Shown: in pieces, positions 8,825 through 17,960 of the stretch | Numbering within the stretch: position 1 is the stretch's first letter | Layout: each line of letters starts with the position of its first letter | Origin: Rhodobacter capsulatus SB 1003 | GTDB taxonomy: Bacteria; Pseudomonadota; Alphaproteobacteria; Rhodobacterales; Rhodobacteraceae | DNA length: 32,000 nucleotides | Reading direction: 5' to 3' | NCBI RefSeq assembly: GCF_000021865.1 | Contig: NC_014034.1 | Coordinates: 2,730,001 to 2,762,000, forward strand | Notes under the pieces: model-generated | Seen by the model: the letters and a program-made list of their open reading frames with translations, nothing else | Databases searched by the model: none | Told to the model about the DNA's origin: nothing | Made by a program: the position numbers and the translations under genes

Positions 8825-10240
8825 ATGTCGCCCGTGACGGCCCGGCTTGTAACAATTGTCATATTGGCGCTGAGCCTGACCCGCGCCGAGGCGCTCGAGG
8901 TGCTGACCCGCGACGGCGGCCCGATTGCGGGCCCGGCCATCGCCCATGGGGCAGAGTTCGCGCGCGAAACCGGCGTGGCGGTGCATGTGACGCCCCGCCC
9001 CTTTGACGCGCTTTACGGGGCGGTGATGATGGGCTTCGTCACCGGCAGCCCCCCCGCCGATGTGCTGATCCTGCCCGCCGACTGGCTGCCCGATGTCGCG
9101 CCCTATCTGATGCCGGTGCCGGACGACCTTGTGCAAAGCCCGCTGGTGCAGGGCATCCACCCCGCCTATCGCGACCGGCAGATGCGCTGGCGGGGCCAGT
9201 GGCTGGCGGTGACGCTGGACGGCGATCTGCACATGGGCGCCTATCGCCGCGATCTGTTCGAGGACCGGGCCGCGCAGGCCGCCTATCGGGCGCAGACCGG
9301 CCGGGCGCTGGAACCGCCCCGGACATGGCAGGATTACGCCCGCATCGCCGCCTTTTTCCGCGCCCGGGGCGTGGCGGGCACGCTCGAGGCCTCGGCCGAG
9401 AACGGGCAACGGCTCTGGTCGCTGTTTTCCCACGCCGCCGCCTATACCGCCCATCCCGACCATCCGGGGCATTTCTTCTTTGACCCGGACACGATGGCGC
9501 CCGAGATCGACAACCCGGCCTGGGTGCGGGCGTTGCACGATTATCTTGATGCGCTCGCGACCGCGCCGGGACCTGCCTTGCCCAGCCATGGCGTGCGGAC
9601 GGAATTTGCCGCCGGAGCGGCGGCGATGGCGCTTGACTGGTCCGATATCGGCACGGTGGCGACTGATCCCGCGAGTTCGAAAATCCGCGACCGGGTCGGG
9701 TTCTTTGCCTTGCCCGGCACCGATCAGGTCTGGAACCCGGTCGCGAAGCGCTGGGACCGGCTGGCCGCGCCGCGCCCGGTGCCGTTCCTGGCCTTTGGCG
9801 GCTGGATCGCGGTGGTGCCGCGCGGGGCCGCCGATCCGAAGGCCGCCTGGGATTACATCGCCTTCCTGGCCGATCCGGCGCGGGCCACGCGCGACGTGAT
9901 GACGGGCGCTTCGGGCTTCAACCCCTATCGGCTGTCGCAGCTGGACGACACCGCGGGCTGGTCGACCCTGATGGGGGCGCAGGCGGCGGCGGATTACCTG
10001 TCGGTGCTGCGCGAAAGCCTGTCGGCGCCGCAGACCGCGCCGGATTTGCGCCTGCCCGGCTATCCCGCCTACATGGCCGCGCTCGATGCCCGTCTTGGCC
10101 GGGTGCTCTCGGGCGAGATCACCCCCGAGGCGGCTCTGGCGGCGGCGGCGACCGACTGGGACCGGATCACCGACCGGCTTGGCCGCGCCAGCCAGCGCCG
10201 CCACTACCGCGAGGCGATGGGGCTGGAGGCGGCGCCATGA
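8825..10240 (+). CDS. Periplasmic solute-binding protein (ABC family-1-like), probably a sensor partner of the downstream kinase
   Basis: Start moved to ATG 8825 (GGAG upstream), which gives the signal-peptide-like N-terminus MSPVTARLVTIVILALSLTRAEA. Size, W/Y/D-rich composition and lack of adjacent permease/ATPase genes fit a solute-binding protein. Its stop overlaps the kinase ATG (ATGA at 10237-10240). The family assignment is by general resemblance only. Confidence 0.7.
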   Translation: MSPVTARLVTIVILALSLTRAEALEVLTRDGGPIAGPAIAHGAEFARETGVAVHVTPRPFDALYGAVMMGFVTGSPPADVLILPADWLPDVAPYLMPVPDDLVQSPLVQGIHPAYRDRQMRWRGQWLAVTLDGDLHMGAYRRDLFEDRAAQAAYRAQTGRALEPPRTWQDYARIAAFFRARGVAGTLEASAENGQRLWSLFSHAAAYTAHPDHPGHFFFDPDTMAPEIDNPAWVRALHDYLDALATAPGPALPSHGVRTEFAAGAAAMALDWSDIGTVATDPASSKIRDRVGFFALPGTDQVWNPVAKRWDRLAAPRPVPFLAFGGWIAVVPRGAADPKAAWDYIAFLADPARATRDVMTGASGFNPYRLSQLDDTAGWSTLMGAQAAADYLSVLRESLSAPQTAPDLRLPGYPAYMAALDARLGRVLSGEITPEAALAAAATDWDRITDRLGRASQRRHYREAMGLEAAP

Positions 10241-12870
10241 GCCTGTGGCGCGGCATTCAGGGGCGGCTGTTGCTGATCGTCGCGCTCTCGACGCTGGCGA
10301 TGGCGCTGGCGGGGTTTGCGGCGATCCGGGCGCTGGATCAGATCGGCGAGGCGGCGGAAACGGTGACCGGCCGCGACGTGCCCGCGATGGCGGCGGCGCT
10401 GCGTCTGGCGCGGATCGGCGACCGACTGCAAAGCCGCGGCGCCAGCCTGATGGCCGCCAGCACCGCCGCGGCGCTGAGCGAGGCGCAACGCGCCATCGAC
10501 GCCGATCTGGCCGCCTTTGCCGAGCAGATGGGCGCCCTGCGCGCGGCCGCGCCCACGGATAGCCCCGATCAGATCGCGACGCTGTCGGCCGAACTGGCGG
10601 CACGGCTGCGCGCACTTTCCACCGATCTCGACCGGCTGCGCGGCCTTGCGACGCTGCGCGCGGCGGAGCGGGCGAAGATGCTGGCACAACAGGATTTTCT
10701 GCGCCAGCTTCTGGGTCCCTCGATCCTCGCGGTCGAGGCGATCACCGCGGGCGAGACCCTGCCCGACCCGGAGATCTACCGCACCGCCGTCCGGTCTCAG
10801 GCGCCGCTTCTGGCCGCCGAACGGCTGACCGACCGGGCGATGTCGGAGCTGCTCTTGGCGGGCGACGCCCGCGAGGCGCAGGCGCTGCAGCGGGGCCGGG
10901 ACGCCTATCGGCGCACGCTGGCGCAGCTTGAGGCCACCGGCGCGGCCCTGCCCGCGGGCCTGCGCGCCGATTTCGGCCGGGCGCTGGCCAGCTTTCGCGA
11001 TCAGGCGGCGCCGGGCGGGATCTTCGATCTGCAGACGCAGGAGATGACCGCCCGCAGCGCCGCCGAGGCCGATCTGCGCGCCGCCGCCGCACGGGCCGCG
11101 GATCTGAAAGCCGCGGTCGATGCCCGGGTGCTGGCCGCCAGCCGCACCACCGCCGAGGTGACCGAAAACCTGCGCCGCACGATCCTGGAACGCACGGCGC
11201 AATTCGCCGCGATCGGCCTTGCGGTGATCCTGATCGCCGGGGGGCTGTCCTATGGTCTGGTGATCCGGCCGCTCTCGCGCAATCTGCGCGGGGTGACGGC
11301 GGCGATGGTGCGGCTGGCCGCGGGCGAACGCGACGCCACCGTGCCCGGTGCCAACCGCGCCGACGAGATCGGCGATCTGGCCCGCGCCTTCACCGTCTTT
11401 CGCGAAAACTCGGCGCAGGTGGAAAAGCTCGACCGGGAACTGGCGGAACGATCAAGCCTGCTGCTGGCGACCTTCGAGACGATGAAGGACGGCTTTTCCG
11501 TCTTTGACGGCGACCGGCGGCTGGTGGCCTGCAATCCGCAATATCTGGCGCTGCATGATTTCACCGCCGAAGATGTCGCCGCCGCCCCGACGATCACCCG
11601 GATCAACCGGATGCTGGTGGCGCGCGGGGTGCAGGCCAGCCTGCCCGACGGCACGCCGGTCGATCTGGATGATCTGGTGCCGCGGCGGCTGGCCGGGCCG
11701 ACGCGGGTGGAGATGCGCTTTCCCTCGGGGCGGGTGCTGGAGCTGCGCTCGAACCCGATCCCGATGGGCGGCTTCGCCACGATCCACATGGATGTGACCG
11801 AAAGCCGGGCGACGCAAAGCCAGCTTCTGCATGCGCAAAAGCTGGAGACGGTGGGCCAGCTGACGGGCGGGATCGCGCATGATTTCAACAACATCCTGGC
11901 GGTGATCATCGGCAATCTGAACATTCTGGCGCGGGAACTGGTGGAAACCCCCGCGCTGAAGGCCCGCGCGGAGCGCGGTCTTTCCGCCGCCAACCGCGCC
12001 GCCGGGCTGATCAATCGTCTGCTGACCTTTTCGCGCCGCCAGCGCCTTGCGCCGGAAAATGTCGATCTGAACGGCCTTGTGCGCGGGATGCTCGATCTGA
12101 TGCAATCCAGCCTTGGGTCGGGGATGCGGATCACGCCGGATCTTGCCGCGGATCTGCCGCGGGTGCGGGTCGATCCGGGGCAGCTGGAAAACGCGCTGAT
12201 GAACCTGGCGGTGAATGCCCGCGACGCGATGGAGGGAGCGGGCGAAATCACCGTCATCACGCGCCGGGCCGCGGACGGCTTTGTCGAGCTGGCGGTCGCC
12301 GACACCGGCGCGGGCATCCCGCCCGACCTTCTGGAACAGGTCTTCGAGCCCTTCTTCACCACGAAACCCGTGGGCAAGGGCAGCGGGCTGGGCCTGTCCA
12401 TGGTCTATGGTTTCGTGCGGCAATCGGGCGGCACGGTGACGATCGAGAGCGCCCCGGGCGCGGGCACCCGCGTCAGCCTGCGCCTGCCCGAGAGCACCGC
12501 CCCCGAGGCCCCCGCGCGCCCCGAAGGGCTGGACAGCGCCGAGGCCTGCATTCTGGCCGTCGATGACGACGCCGACCTGCTGGAGATCACCGCCGATCAA
12601 CTGCGCCGTCTGGGCCATGCCGTGGTGACCGCGCCCGACGGGCTGACCGCCTTGGAAATGCTGAAGGAAATCCCGGAAATCGACCTGCTTTACACCGATC
12701 TGGCGATGCCCGGGCTGGGCGGGCGAAGGCTGGCCGAAGAGGCGCAGGCGCTGCGCCCGGGCCTGCCGGTGCTCTTCACCTCGGGGGCGCCGGGCAAGGC
12801 GGGGGCGGATCTGCCGAATCTGCTTCGAAAACCCGTCCCCGAAGAGTTCTGGCCGCCGCGATCCGCCTGA
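10237..12870 (+). CDS. Hybrid sensor histidine kinase (TM - periplasmic helical domain - TM - HAMP - PAS - HisKA - HATPase - REC)
   Basis: 877 aa. Two TM segments flank a ~300-aa A/L/R-rich domain. HAMP-like ADEIGDLARAFTVF, H-box GGIAHDFNNIL, N-box NLAVNARDAM, G-boxes DTGAGIP and GKGSGLGLSMV, and a C-terminal receiver ILAVDDDADLL...DLLYTDLAMPG. Confidence 0.9.
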   Translation: MSLWRGIQGRLLLIVALSTLAMALAGFAAIRALDQIGEAAETVTGRDVPAMAAALRLARIGDRLQSRGASLMAASTAAALSEAQRAIDADLAAFAEQMGALRAAAPTDSPDQIATLSAELAARLRALSTDLDRLRGLATLRAAERAKMLAQQDFLRQLLGPSILAVEAITAGETLPDPEIYRTAVRSQAPLLAAERLTDRAMSELLLAGDAREAQALQRGRDAYRRTLAQLEATGAALPAGLRADFGRALASFRDQAAPGGIFDLQTQEMTARSAAEADLRAAAARAADLKAAVDARVLAASRTTAEVTENLRRTILERTAQFAAIGLAVILIAGGLSYGLVIRPLSRNLRGVTAAMVRLAAGERDATVPGANRADEIGDLARAFTVFRENSAQVEKLDRELAERSSLLLATFETMKDGFSVFDGDRRLVACNPQYLALHDFTAEDVAAAPTITRINRMLVARGVQASLPDGTPVDLDDLVPRRLAGPTRVEMRFPSGRVLELRSNPIPMGGFATIHMDVTESRATQSQLLHAQKLETVGQLTGGIAHDFNNILAVIIGNLNILARELVETPALKARAERGLSAANRAAGLINRLLTFSRRQRLAPENVDLNGLVRGMLDLMQSSLGSGMRITPDLAADLPRVRVDPGQLENALMNLAVNARDAMEGAGEITVITRRAADGFVELAVADTGAGIPPDLLEQVFEPFFTTKPVGKGSGLGLSMVYGFVRQSGGTVTIESAPGAGTRVSLRLPESTAPEAPARPEGLDSAEACILAVDDDADLLEITADQLRRLGHAVVTAPDGLTALEMLKEIPEIDLLYTDLAMPGLGGRRLAEEAQALRPGLPVLFTSGAPGKAGADLPNLLRKPVPEEFWPPRSA

Positions 12871-12880
12871 CGCTGGAAGA

Positions 12881-13591
12881 TCAGAGCCGCTTCACCTCGG
12901 CATCCAGCACATAGCCCGCGCCGCGTTCGGTGCGGATCAGCTGCGGCGCGCGCGGATTGGGCTCGATCTTGCGCCGCAGCCGCAAGATCAGCACGTCGAT
13001 GGTGCGGTCGAAAACCTCGCCGCCATCCGCCCGGGTGCGTTCCAGAAGCTGATCGCGGCTGAGCACGCAGCGCGGCGCCCGCACGAACGCCTCGAGCAGC
13101 AGGAATTCCGCATTGGTCAGCGCCACGCCCTGCCCCGCGGGGGTTTCAAGGCTGCGCGCCGTCAGGTCGATCACCCAGCCCGCGAAACTGCGCCGGTCAT
13201 GTTCGGTCAGCTCGACCGGCACCGCAGCCGCGCCCGAGCGGCGCAGCACCGCCTTGATCCGCGCCACCAATTCGCGCGGATTGAAGGGTTTGACCACGTA
13301 ATCATCGGCGCCCATTTCCAGGCCGACGATCCGGTCCACATCGCCGCCCAGCCCGGTCAGCATGATGATCGGAATCGCGGATGCCGCCCGCAGCCGCGCG
13401 GCCAAGGTCAGCCCGTCCTGATCGGGCAGGCGCAGATCGAGCAGGATCAGATCGGGCGCCGCCGCCGCCAGCGCGGGCGCCACCTCGGCCGCGGTCGCCG
13501 CCTCGCTCACCTCCCAGCCGCGCGATTCAAGCTCGTAACGCACAAGCTCGCGCACATCCGGGTCGTCATCGACGATCAGAATCCTCACCAT
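12881..13591 (-). CDS. OmpR/PhoB-family response regulator
   Basis: Start trimmed to ATG 13591 (MVRILIVDDDPDV, with a GGGGGAGG-like SD upstream). Receiver motif DLILLDLRLPDQDG and a winged-helix C-terminus (LTNAEFLLLEAFV, DRTIDVLILRLRRKIE, RTERGAGY). The track's 56-aa extension overlaps yacG out of frame. Confidence 0.9.
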   Translation of the reverse strand: MVRILIVDDDPDVRELVRYELESRGWEVSEAATAAEVAPALAAAAPDLILLDLRLPDQDGLTLAARLRAASAIPIIMLTGLGGDVDRIVGLEMGADDYVVKPFNPRELVARIKAVLRRSGAAAVPVELTEHDRRSFAGWVIDLTARSLETPAGQGVALTNAEFLLLEAFVRAPRCVLSRDQLLERTRADGGEVFDRTIDVLILRLRRKIEPNPRAPQLIRTERGAGYVLDAEVKRL

Positions 13592-13688
13592 GCCGCAGGC
13601 CTCCCCCGTCGCAGCATAAGAAGGGATCGCCCGGCCCGCCAGCCTTGCGGCACACTCGTCCTCGCAGGGGGCATTTCCGCAATCAGGG

Positions 13689-13862
13689 TTATTGCACCGG
13701 GCCTGCGGGGTCTTCGCCCGGCCGGTCTTCCGCTTCGGCGATGTCGCCGGGGATGACATAGCTGCCGTTCAGCCAGCGCGCCAGATCGACATCGGCGCAG
13801 CGTTTGGAACAGAAGGGGCGGTAGTTCGCCGCCGTCGCCTTGCCGCAAATCGGGCAGCTCAT
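13689..13862 (-). CDS. yacG: DNA gyrase inhibitor YacG (zinc-finger protein)
   Basis: 57-aa ORF below the track's size cut-off: [57 protein letters not shown]. It has the CPxC...FCSxRC...DLxxW YacG pattern. The ATG overlaps the stop of the upstream RNase gene (ATGA at 13859-13862); TAA at 13689-13691. Confidence 0.8.
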   Translation of the reverse strand: MSCPICGKATAANYRPFCSKRCADVDLARWLNGSYVIPGDIAEAEDRPGEDPAGPVQ

Positions 13863-14899
13863 GTCCGCCCCGCCAGCAGAGAGGTCAGCGCCACGCGGTC
13901 GCGCTTGCGCACCAGTTCGAAAAGCCCCAGCGGCGTCCAGCCCGCAAGGCTGGTTTCCGCCGCCTCGCCCTTGAAGGCGGTGCGTAGTTGCTGTTCCAGC
14001 ACCAGACGGTCTTTCTTCGGCATCGGCGCGAAATCGACCACGACCTGACCGCCCAGACCCCGCAGCCGCAACTGCCGCGGCAGATCGCGGGCGGCGGCAA
14101 TATTCGCCTTGAGCGCCGCGGCGGGCGAGGTGTCGGGGCCGGTGTTCACATCCACGGCCACCAGCGCGCGCGTGGGCTCGATCATCATGTGACCGCCGCC
14201 CGGCAGCGCCACGCGCGGGGTCAAAACCGCGTCGATCGCCTCCAGAACGCCATGATCTTCAAAGCCCTCCACCACCTCGTCGGGGGCGGGATCGGCCCAT
14301 TCGCGCCAGGCTTCCTCGTGCGGCGCGGGGGCATCGACCAGCAATTCCGGGGCGCCGTCCAGATCGGCCAAAACCGCCTCGGCCAGCTCGCGCAGGCCTG
14401 CGATATCCTCGACGATCTCACCCTCTTCCGCGCCCTCGCAGGCCGAGCGCAGGATGAGGCCCATGTCCGAGCCCTCCATCACCACGCCTGCAAGCGCCTG
14501 CAGACCTTCCCGCGTGTCTTCCTCGCGGATGCGGCGCGAAACATTCAGCCCCGGCGCCCCGGGGGTGACGATGCCGTAGCGGCCCTTGAACAGAAGCCGC
14601 AGCGTCACCGGCACGGCCTTGCCAGGTTCCGCCCCGCCCGAGACCTGCACCAGAACCGATTGCCCCGGCGAGAGCCCCTTGGCGTCTTTCAGGAACCCTT
14701 TTTCACCGCCCGGAAGGGCGACGAACAGACCGCCCTGCCCCTTCATCGGGCGTTCGATCTTCGCGCGGCAGATCGCACCGGGCGCCAAAGCCATCGCATC
14801 GGACACATCGACCAGCAGATCTTCCAGCTGGCCATCGACCATCAGCGCGGCGGCCTCAAGCCCGCCGATGGCGCCCAGAACCACGATCCGACCCTTCAT
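13859..14899 (-). CDS. Ribonuclease E/G family protein (short, RNase G-like)
   Basis: Start trimmed to ATG 14899 ([13 protein letters not shown]), which overlaps the maf stop in an ATGA. Catalytic-domain motifs LVAVDVNTG and [11 protein letters not shown]. The track's 100-aa R/G-rich extension overlaps maf and is rejected. Confidence 0.85.
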   Translation of the reverse strand: MKGRIVVLGAIGGLEAAALMVDGQLEDLLVDVSDAMALAPGAICRAKIERPMKGQGGLFVALPGGEKGFLKDAKGLSPGQSVLVQVSGGAEPGKAVPVTLRLLFKGRYGIVTPGAPGLNVSRRIREEDTREGLQALAGVVMEGSDMGLILRSACEGAEEGEIVEDIAGLRELAEAVLADLDGAPELLVDAPAPHEEAWREWADPAPDEVVEGFEDHGVLEAIDAVLTPRVALPGGGHMMIEPTRALVAVDVNTGPDTSPAAALKANIAAARDLPRQLRLRGLGGQVVVDFAPMPKKDRLVLEQQLRTAFKGEAAETSLAGWTPLGLFELVRKRDRVALTSLLAGRT

Positions 14900-15471
14900 G
14901 CGCCTTCTCCCACCGCAACGCCCGCCGCGCGCAACAGCACGGCGGTCTCGGCCAGCGGCAGGCCGACGACGCCGGTGAACGAGCCCTGCAGCCAGGGGAT
15001 GAACGCCCCGGCCAGGCCCTGAATCGCATAGCCGCCCGCCTTGCCCTGCCATTCGCCGGACGCAAGATAGCCGTTCACTTCGGTGTTCGAGAGCGGACGG
15101 AATTTCACCACCGTATCCACCAGCCGCTCGCGCAGACCGGCACTTGTCCGCACCGCCACGGCGGTCAGCACATGATGGCGACGGCCGGAAAGCAGCCACA
15201 GGAACTCGGCCGCTTCCTTTTCATCGGCGGGCTTGCCCAGGATCCGGCGCCCGCAGGTGACGGTGGTATCGGCGGTCAGGATCACCTCCTCCGCGCCGCA
15301 ATCCAGCACGGCGGCCTTTTCGCGGGCCATGCGCGCGACATAGGCACGGGCATCTTCACCGCGCGCGGGGGTTTCATCGATGTCGGGAACGCGGACCTCG
15401 GCCGGGGTCAGACCCAGCTGACCCAGAAGCTCGCGTCGCCGCGGGCTGGCCGATCCGAGGATGAGCTTCAC
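14896..15471 (-). CDS. maf: Maf-like nucleoside triphosphate pyrophosphatase / septum formation protein
   Basis: 191 aa with [16 protein letters not shown] and [10 protein letters not shown] motifs. Its start overlaps the infA stop (15468-15471). Confidence 0.9.
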   Translation of the reverse strand: MKLILGSASPRRRELLGQLGLTPAEVRVPDIDETPARGEDARAYVARMAREKAAVLDCGAEEVILTADTTVTCGRRILGKPADEKEAAEFLWLLSGRRHHVLTAVAVRTSAGLRERLVDTVVKFRPLSNTEVNGYLASGEWQGKAGGYAIQGLAGAFIPWLQGSFTGVVGLPLAETAVLLRAAGVAVGEGA

Positions 15472-15686
15472 TTGAAGCGGTAGTTGATGCGACCCTTGGA
15501 CAGGTCATAGGTGTTCATTTCCACCTGCACCCGGTCGCCTGCCAGAACGCGGATGCGGTTTTTCCGCATCTTGCCTGCCATATGCGCGATGATCTCATGG
15601 CCGTTTTCCAGCTCGACCTTGAACGTCGCATTCGGCAGGAGTTCCTTCACGACGCCGGGGAATTCGAGCATTTCTTCCTTGGCCAT
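15468..15686 (-). CDS. infA: Translation initiation factor IF-1
   Basis: [75 protein letters not shown] at 15686 has GGAG 6 nt upstream; the track started two codons earlier at a GTG. Confidence 0.95.
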   Translation of the reverse strand: MAKEEMLEFPGVVKELLPNATFKVELENGHEIIAHMAGKMRKNRIRVLAGDRVQVEMNTYDLSKGRINYRFK

Positions 15687-15719
15687 GGTCACTCCATTGG
15701 GGATACCCGCACGGAGGCG

Positions 15720-15744
15720 GCGGGCGCGCTTTCTTTGCGCCCGC
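15720..15744 (-). terminator. GC-rich hairpin between the C-N hydrolase gene and infA (possible terminator or RNA-processing element)
   Basis: GCGGGCGC / GCGCCCGC 8-bp stem with a 9-nt loop. No clear T-tract on either strand, so the function is uncertain. Confidence 0.3.
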
Positions 15745-15768
15745 TAAAGGCAGAATTCAAGGGCAATG

Positions 15769-16671
15769 TCAAGATTTGCGAGGGGATTCGGCCACGGTGC
15801 GGATCTGCACCGCCTGCAAGGGTTGCTCGGACCAGTGCTGAAACAGCAGCACCGAACCGTCGCGGCGGCTGTGCGTGACCTGGTCCAGATCGACGGTGGC
15901 AACGACCCAGCCGGGTTCGTCATAGCCGCCCCTCGCGATCACGCCATCCTCGGGCCAGCCCGCGTCGGGCGGCCCGTAGATCCCTGCGGCGCCGTGGTTT
16001 TCATCGACCGCGGGGCACCAGGGCGCCAGCCCGACAACCGGCGCCTGCACCGTCACGCACTGGTTTTCCAAGGCCCGCGCCTGCGCCCCGATCCGCACCC
16101 GGTTGTAGCCCGAAGCCGCATCGGTGCAGCTCGGCGCCAGCAGGATCTCCGCCCCCGCCTCGCACAAGGCCCGCGACAAAAGGGGAAATTCGCTGTCATA
16201 GCAGATCACGATGCCGATCTTGCCGATGCCGGTGTCAAAGAGGGTGAGTCCCCGCCCGGGGCCGATGGTCCAGTCCTCGCGTTCAAAGCGGGTCATGATC
16301 GCCTTGTCCTGATGGCCGATCCGCCCCGCCGGGCCGAACAGCACCGCGCGGTTGCGCAGATCATAGCCGTCCTGCGCCGGGCCCGAGGGGGCCAGGATGT
16401 AAAGGCCGAATTCGATGGCCAGCCCCTCGAAATGACGCTCCATCGCGGCGCGGTGGTAAAGGACTTCGGTGACGGCGCGGGTCAGATCGGCGGCGACCTC
16501 GGCCCCGCCCAGGCTCGCCAGTTCCATCGCCGCATATTCGGGAAAGACCAGCAGATCGGCTTTCTTCAAGGCCGCCATCTGCACCCAGGCGCGGGTCTTC
16601 GCCTCGTAGGCGGCCCAGTCCTCGGCCCAGTCGAGCGGATAGGCCGCCGCGGCGATGGTGACATGTCTCAC
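15769..16671 (-). CDS. Carbon-nitrogen hydrolase (nitrilase superfamily) protein
   Basis: Start trimmed to GTG 16671 (GAGGAAG SD; GTGA overlap with the upstream GNAT stop). Catalytic-triad contexts LLVFPEY (Glu), HQDKAIM (Lys) and IGIVICYDSEFP (Cys). Confidence 0.85.
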   Translation of the reverse strand: MRHVTIAAAAYPLDWAEDWAAYEAKTRAWVQMAALKKADLLVFPEYAAMELASLGGAEVAADLTRAVTEVLYHRAAMERHFEGLAIEFGLYILAPSGPAQDGYDLRNRAVLFGPAGRIGHQDKAIMTRFEREDWTIGPGRGLTLFDTGIGKIGIVICYDSEFPLLSRALCEAGAEILLAPSCTDAASGYNRVRIGAQARALENQCVTVQAPVVGLAPWCPAVDENHGAAGIYGPPDAGWPEDGVIARGGYDEPGWVVATVDLDQVTHSRRDGSVLLFQHWSEQPLQAVQIRTVAESPRKS

Positions 16672-17249
16672 AGCTTCCTCCCCCAGAATTGCAGCGGTTT
16701 CGCAGTCTCGCCCGCCGCGCCGACATCCGTCCAGCGGAAATGCGCGATCACGCCGGGCAGGGGCGCATAGCCGCGCTTGCGCCAGAACGCATCGAGCGGG
16801 CGATAGGTCGCGGGTCTGAGCGGATGATCTGCGGGGCGGATCACCGCGCAAAAGGCGCTGAAGCGGCGGCCAAGCGCCCGTGCATGGGCCTCGCGCGCGT
16901 CGAAAAAGGCGTGGCCCAGGCCCCGGCCGCGATACTCGGGCAAAAGCACCGATTCGGCGCAGTAAAAGACCGTCTCGAGCGGCAGGCCGGTCAGGGCGAA
17001 GGGGGCGGCGAAATCTTCCGCGTGATCTTCCAGCGGCGTGCCGGTGGCGGCGCCAACGAGCCGCGGCCCGTCAAAGGCGCCCACGACGACCGCGCCCGGA
17101 GAGGTTCGGTAGCTGTCGAGATAGCGGCGTTCATAGTCAAGCGCGCCCTCGTACAGATAGGGCCAGTCGCGAAAGACCGCGATGCGCAGCGCCGCGACAT
17201 CCTCCAGCGCGGCATCCAGCGCCGGGCCGGTCAGAACCCGCACCTCCAT
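16668..17249 (-). CDS. GNAT-family N-acetyltransferase
   Basis: 193 aa with the acetyl-CoA loop YRGRGLGHAFF. The ATG shares one base with the upstream stop (TGATG at 17247-17251). Confidence 0.8.
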   Translation of the reverse strand: MEVRVLTGPALDAALEDVAALRIAVFRDWPYLYEGALDYERRYLDSYRTSPGAVVVGAFDGPRLVGAATGTPLEDHAEDFAAPFALTGLPLETVFYCAESVLLPEYRGRGLGHAFFDAREAHARALGRRFSAFCAVIRPADHPLRPATYRPLDAFWRKRGYAPLPGVIAHFRWTDVGAAGETAKPLQFWGRKL

Positions 17250-17656
17250 CAGCGGACCTGACGGATCCAGTCGGCCAGGTTGTAATAGGTGGTGACGCGC
17301 TGGATGCGGTTGCCGCGCAGGGTGAAGAAGGTGCCCGCGGGCAGGATGTAGCTTTGGCCGCGGGCCTCGGGCAGGCCGTCGTCGGTGGCGATGTAGCTGC
17401 CGTGCACGGTGAATTCCGCCGCCGCGCGGCTGCCCGCATCATTCGCCATCACCACGATGTCGGTCAGCTTCTCGCGGTAACAGCGGGTCATGTGGGCGTT
17501 GAAATCGCGGAACTTTTCGATGCCGCGGCGAATGTCGCCCTCGTTGACGTGATGTTCGAAATCCTCGGTCAGAAGCGCCTCCATCGCCGAGGTGTCGCCC
17601 CGGTTGAAAGCGTCGTAATAGGCGGAAATCACGGCAAGGGCGGCGGCGCGGGGCAT
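17249..17656 (-). CDS. SnoaL-like / NTF2-fold protein
   Basis: AVISAYYDAFNRGDTSAMEALLTEDFEHHVN pattern. ATG 17656 is chosen because GGAGGA lies 4 nt upstream; the track ORF starts 11 codons earlier. Confidence 0.75.
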   Translation of the reverse strand: MPRAAALAVISAYYDAFNRGDTSAMEALLTEDFEHHVNEGDIRRGIEKFRDFNAHMTRCYREKLTDIVVMANDAGSRAAAEFTVHGSYIATDDGLPEARGQSYILPAGTFFTLRGNRIQRVTTYYNLADWIRQVR

Positions 17657-17762
17657 CGGGTCCTCCATCTGATCCCCCATCTGTGGCATGGGCGGCCGGT
17701 TTGGTCAAACCTTGGAACCGGCAGGGCATGGGGCAAAAGCGGCATGGGGTTCGGGCGGAATA

Positions 17763-17783
17763 GGAAACGCGACCCGCGTTTCC
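17763..17783 (-). terminator. Perfect 9-bp stem hairpin downstream of the NmrA-like gene
   Basis: GGAAACGCG-acc-CGCGTTTCC. On the minus strand it is followed by TATTCC. Confidence 0.4.
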
Positions 17784-17906
17784 CCGCCCGCAGCGCCCGG
17801 TTGCGGCATGACCGCTTCAGCCCGCACCACAGAGGGCAGCGCCCGGCCCGCGGCCGAGAAGCGCCCGCCGGCCGGCTGCTGCCCGAGGGCCTTTGGGCCC
17901 TCGGGG

Positions 17907-17951
17907 GTCACAGGACCTCTGTGACGCATGGCCAAGGCGATGGCCTTGGCC
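17907..17951 (-). terminator. Two adjacent hairpins immediately after the NmrA-like stop codon
   Basis: GGCCAAGG-cgatgg-CCTTGGCC (17930-17951) and GTCACAG-gacct-CTGTGAC (17907-17925). They lie 10-55 nt downstream of the stop at 17961-17963 and have no long T-tract. Confidence 0.4.
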
Positions 17952-17960
17952 AAGGTCAGC

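Noticed and set aside
4576-8837. Two very long + strand ORFs (748 aa and 827 aa)
   Set aside because: They are antisense to fruA/fruK/fruB, which have unambiguous PTS and PfkB motifs. The translations are dominated by R, G, D, H and P.
8757-8855. N-terminal extension of fruB in the track (likewise 13592-13759 for the regulator, 14900-15199 for the RNase, 16672-16851 for the hydrolase, 20190-20507 for UPF0262, 21506-21622 for hisD and 18716-18880 for HxlR)
   Set aside because: The extensions are R/S/P/G-rich and overlap neighbouring real genes or intergenic regions. Internal starts with SD sequences or ATGA/GTGA coupling give canonical N-termini.
8753-12618. Minus-strand ORFs of 644, 332, 383 and 388 aa
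   Set aside because: They are antisense to the solute-binding protein and histidine kinase genes. The composition is arginine/proline/glycine-rich with no recognisable domains.
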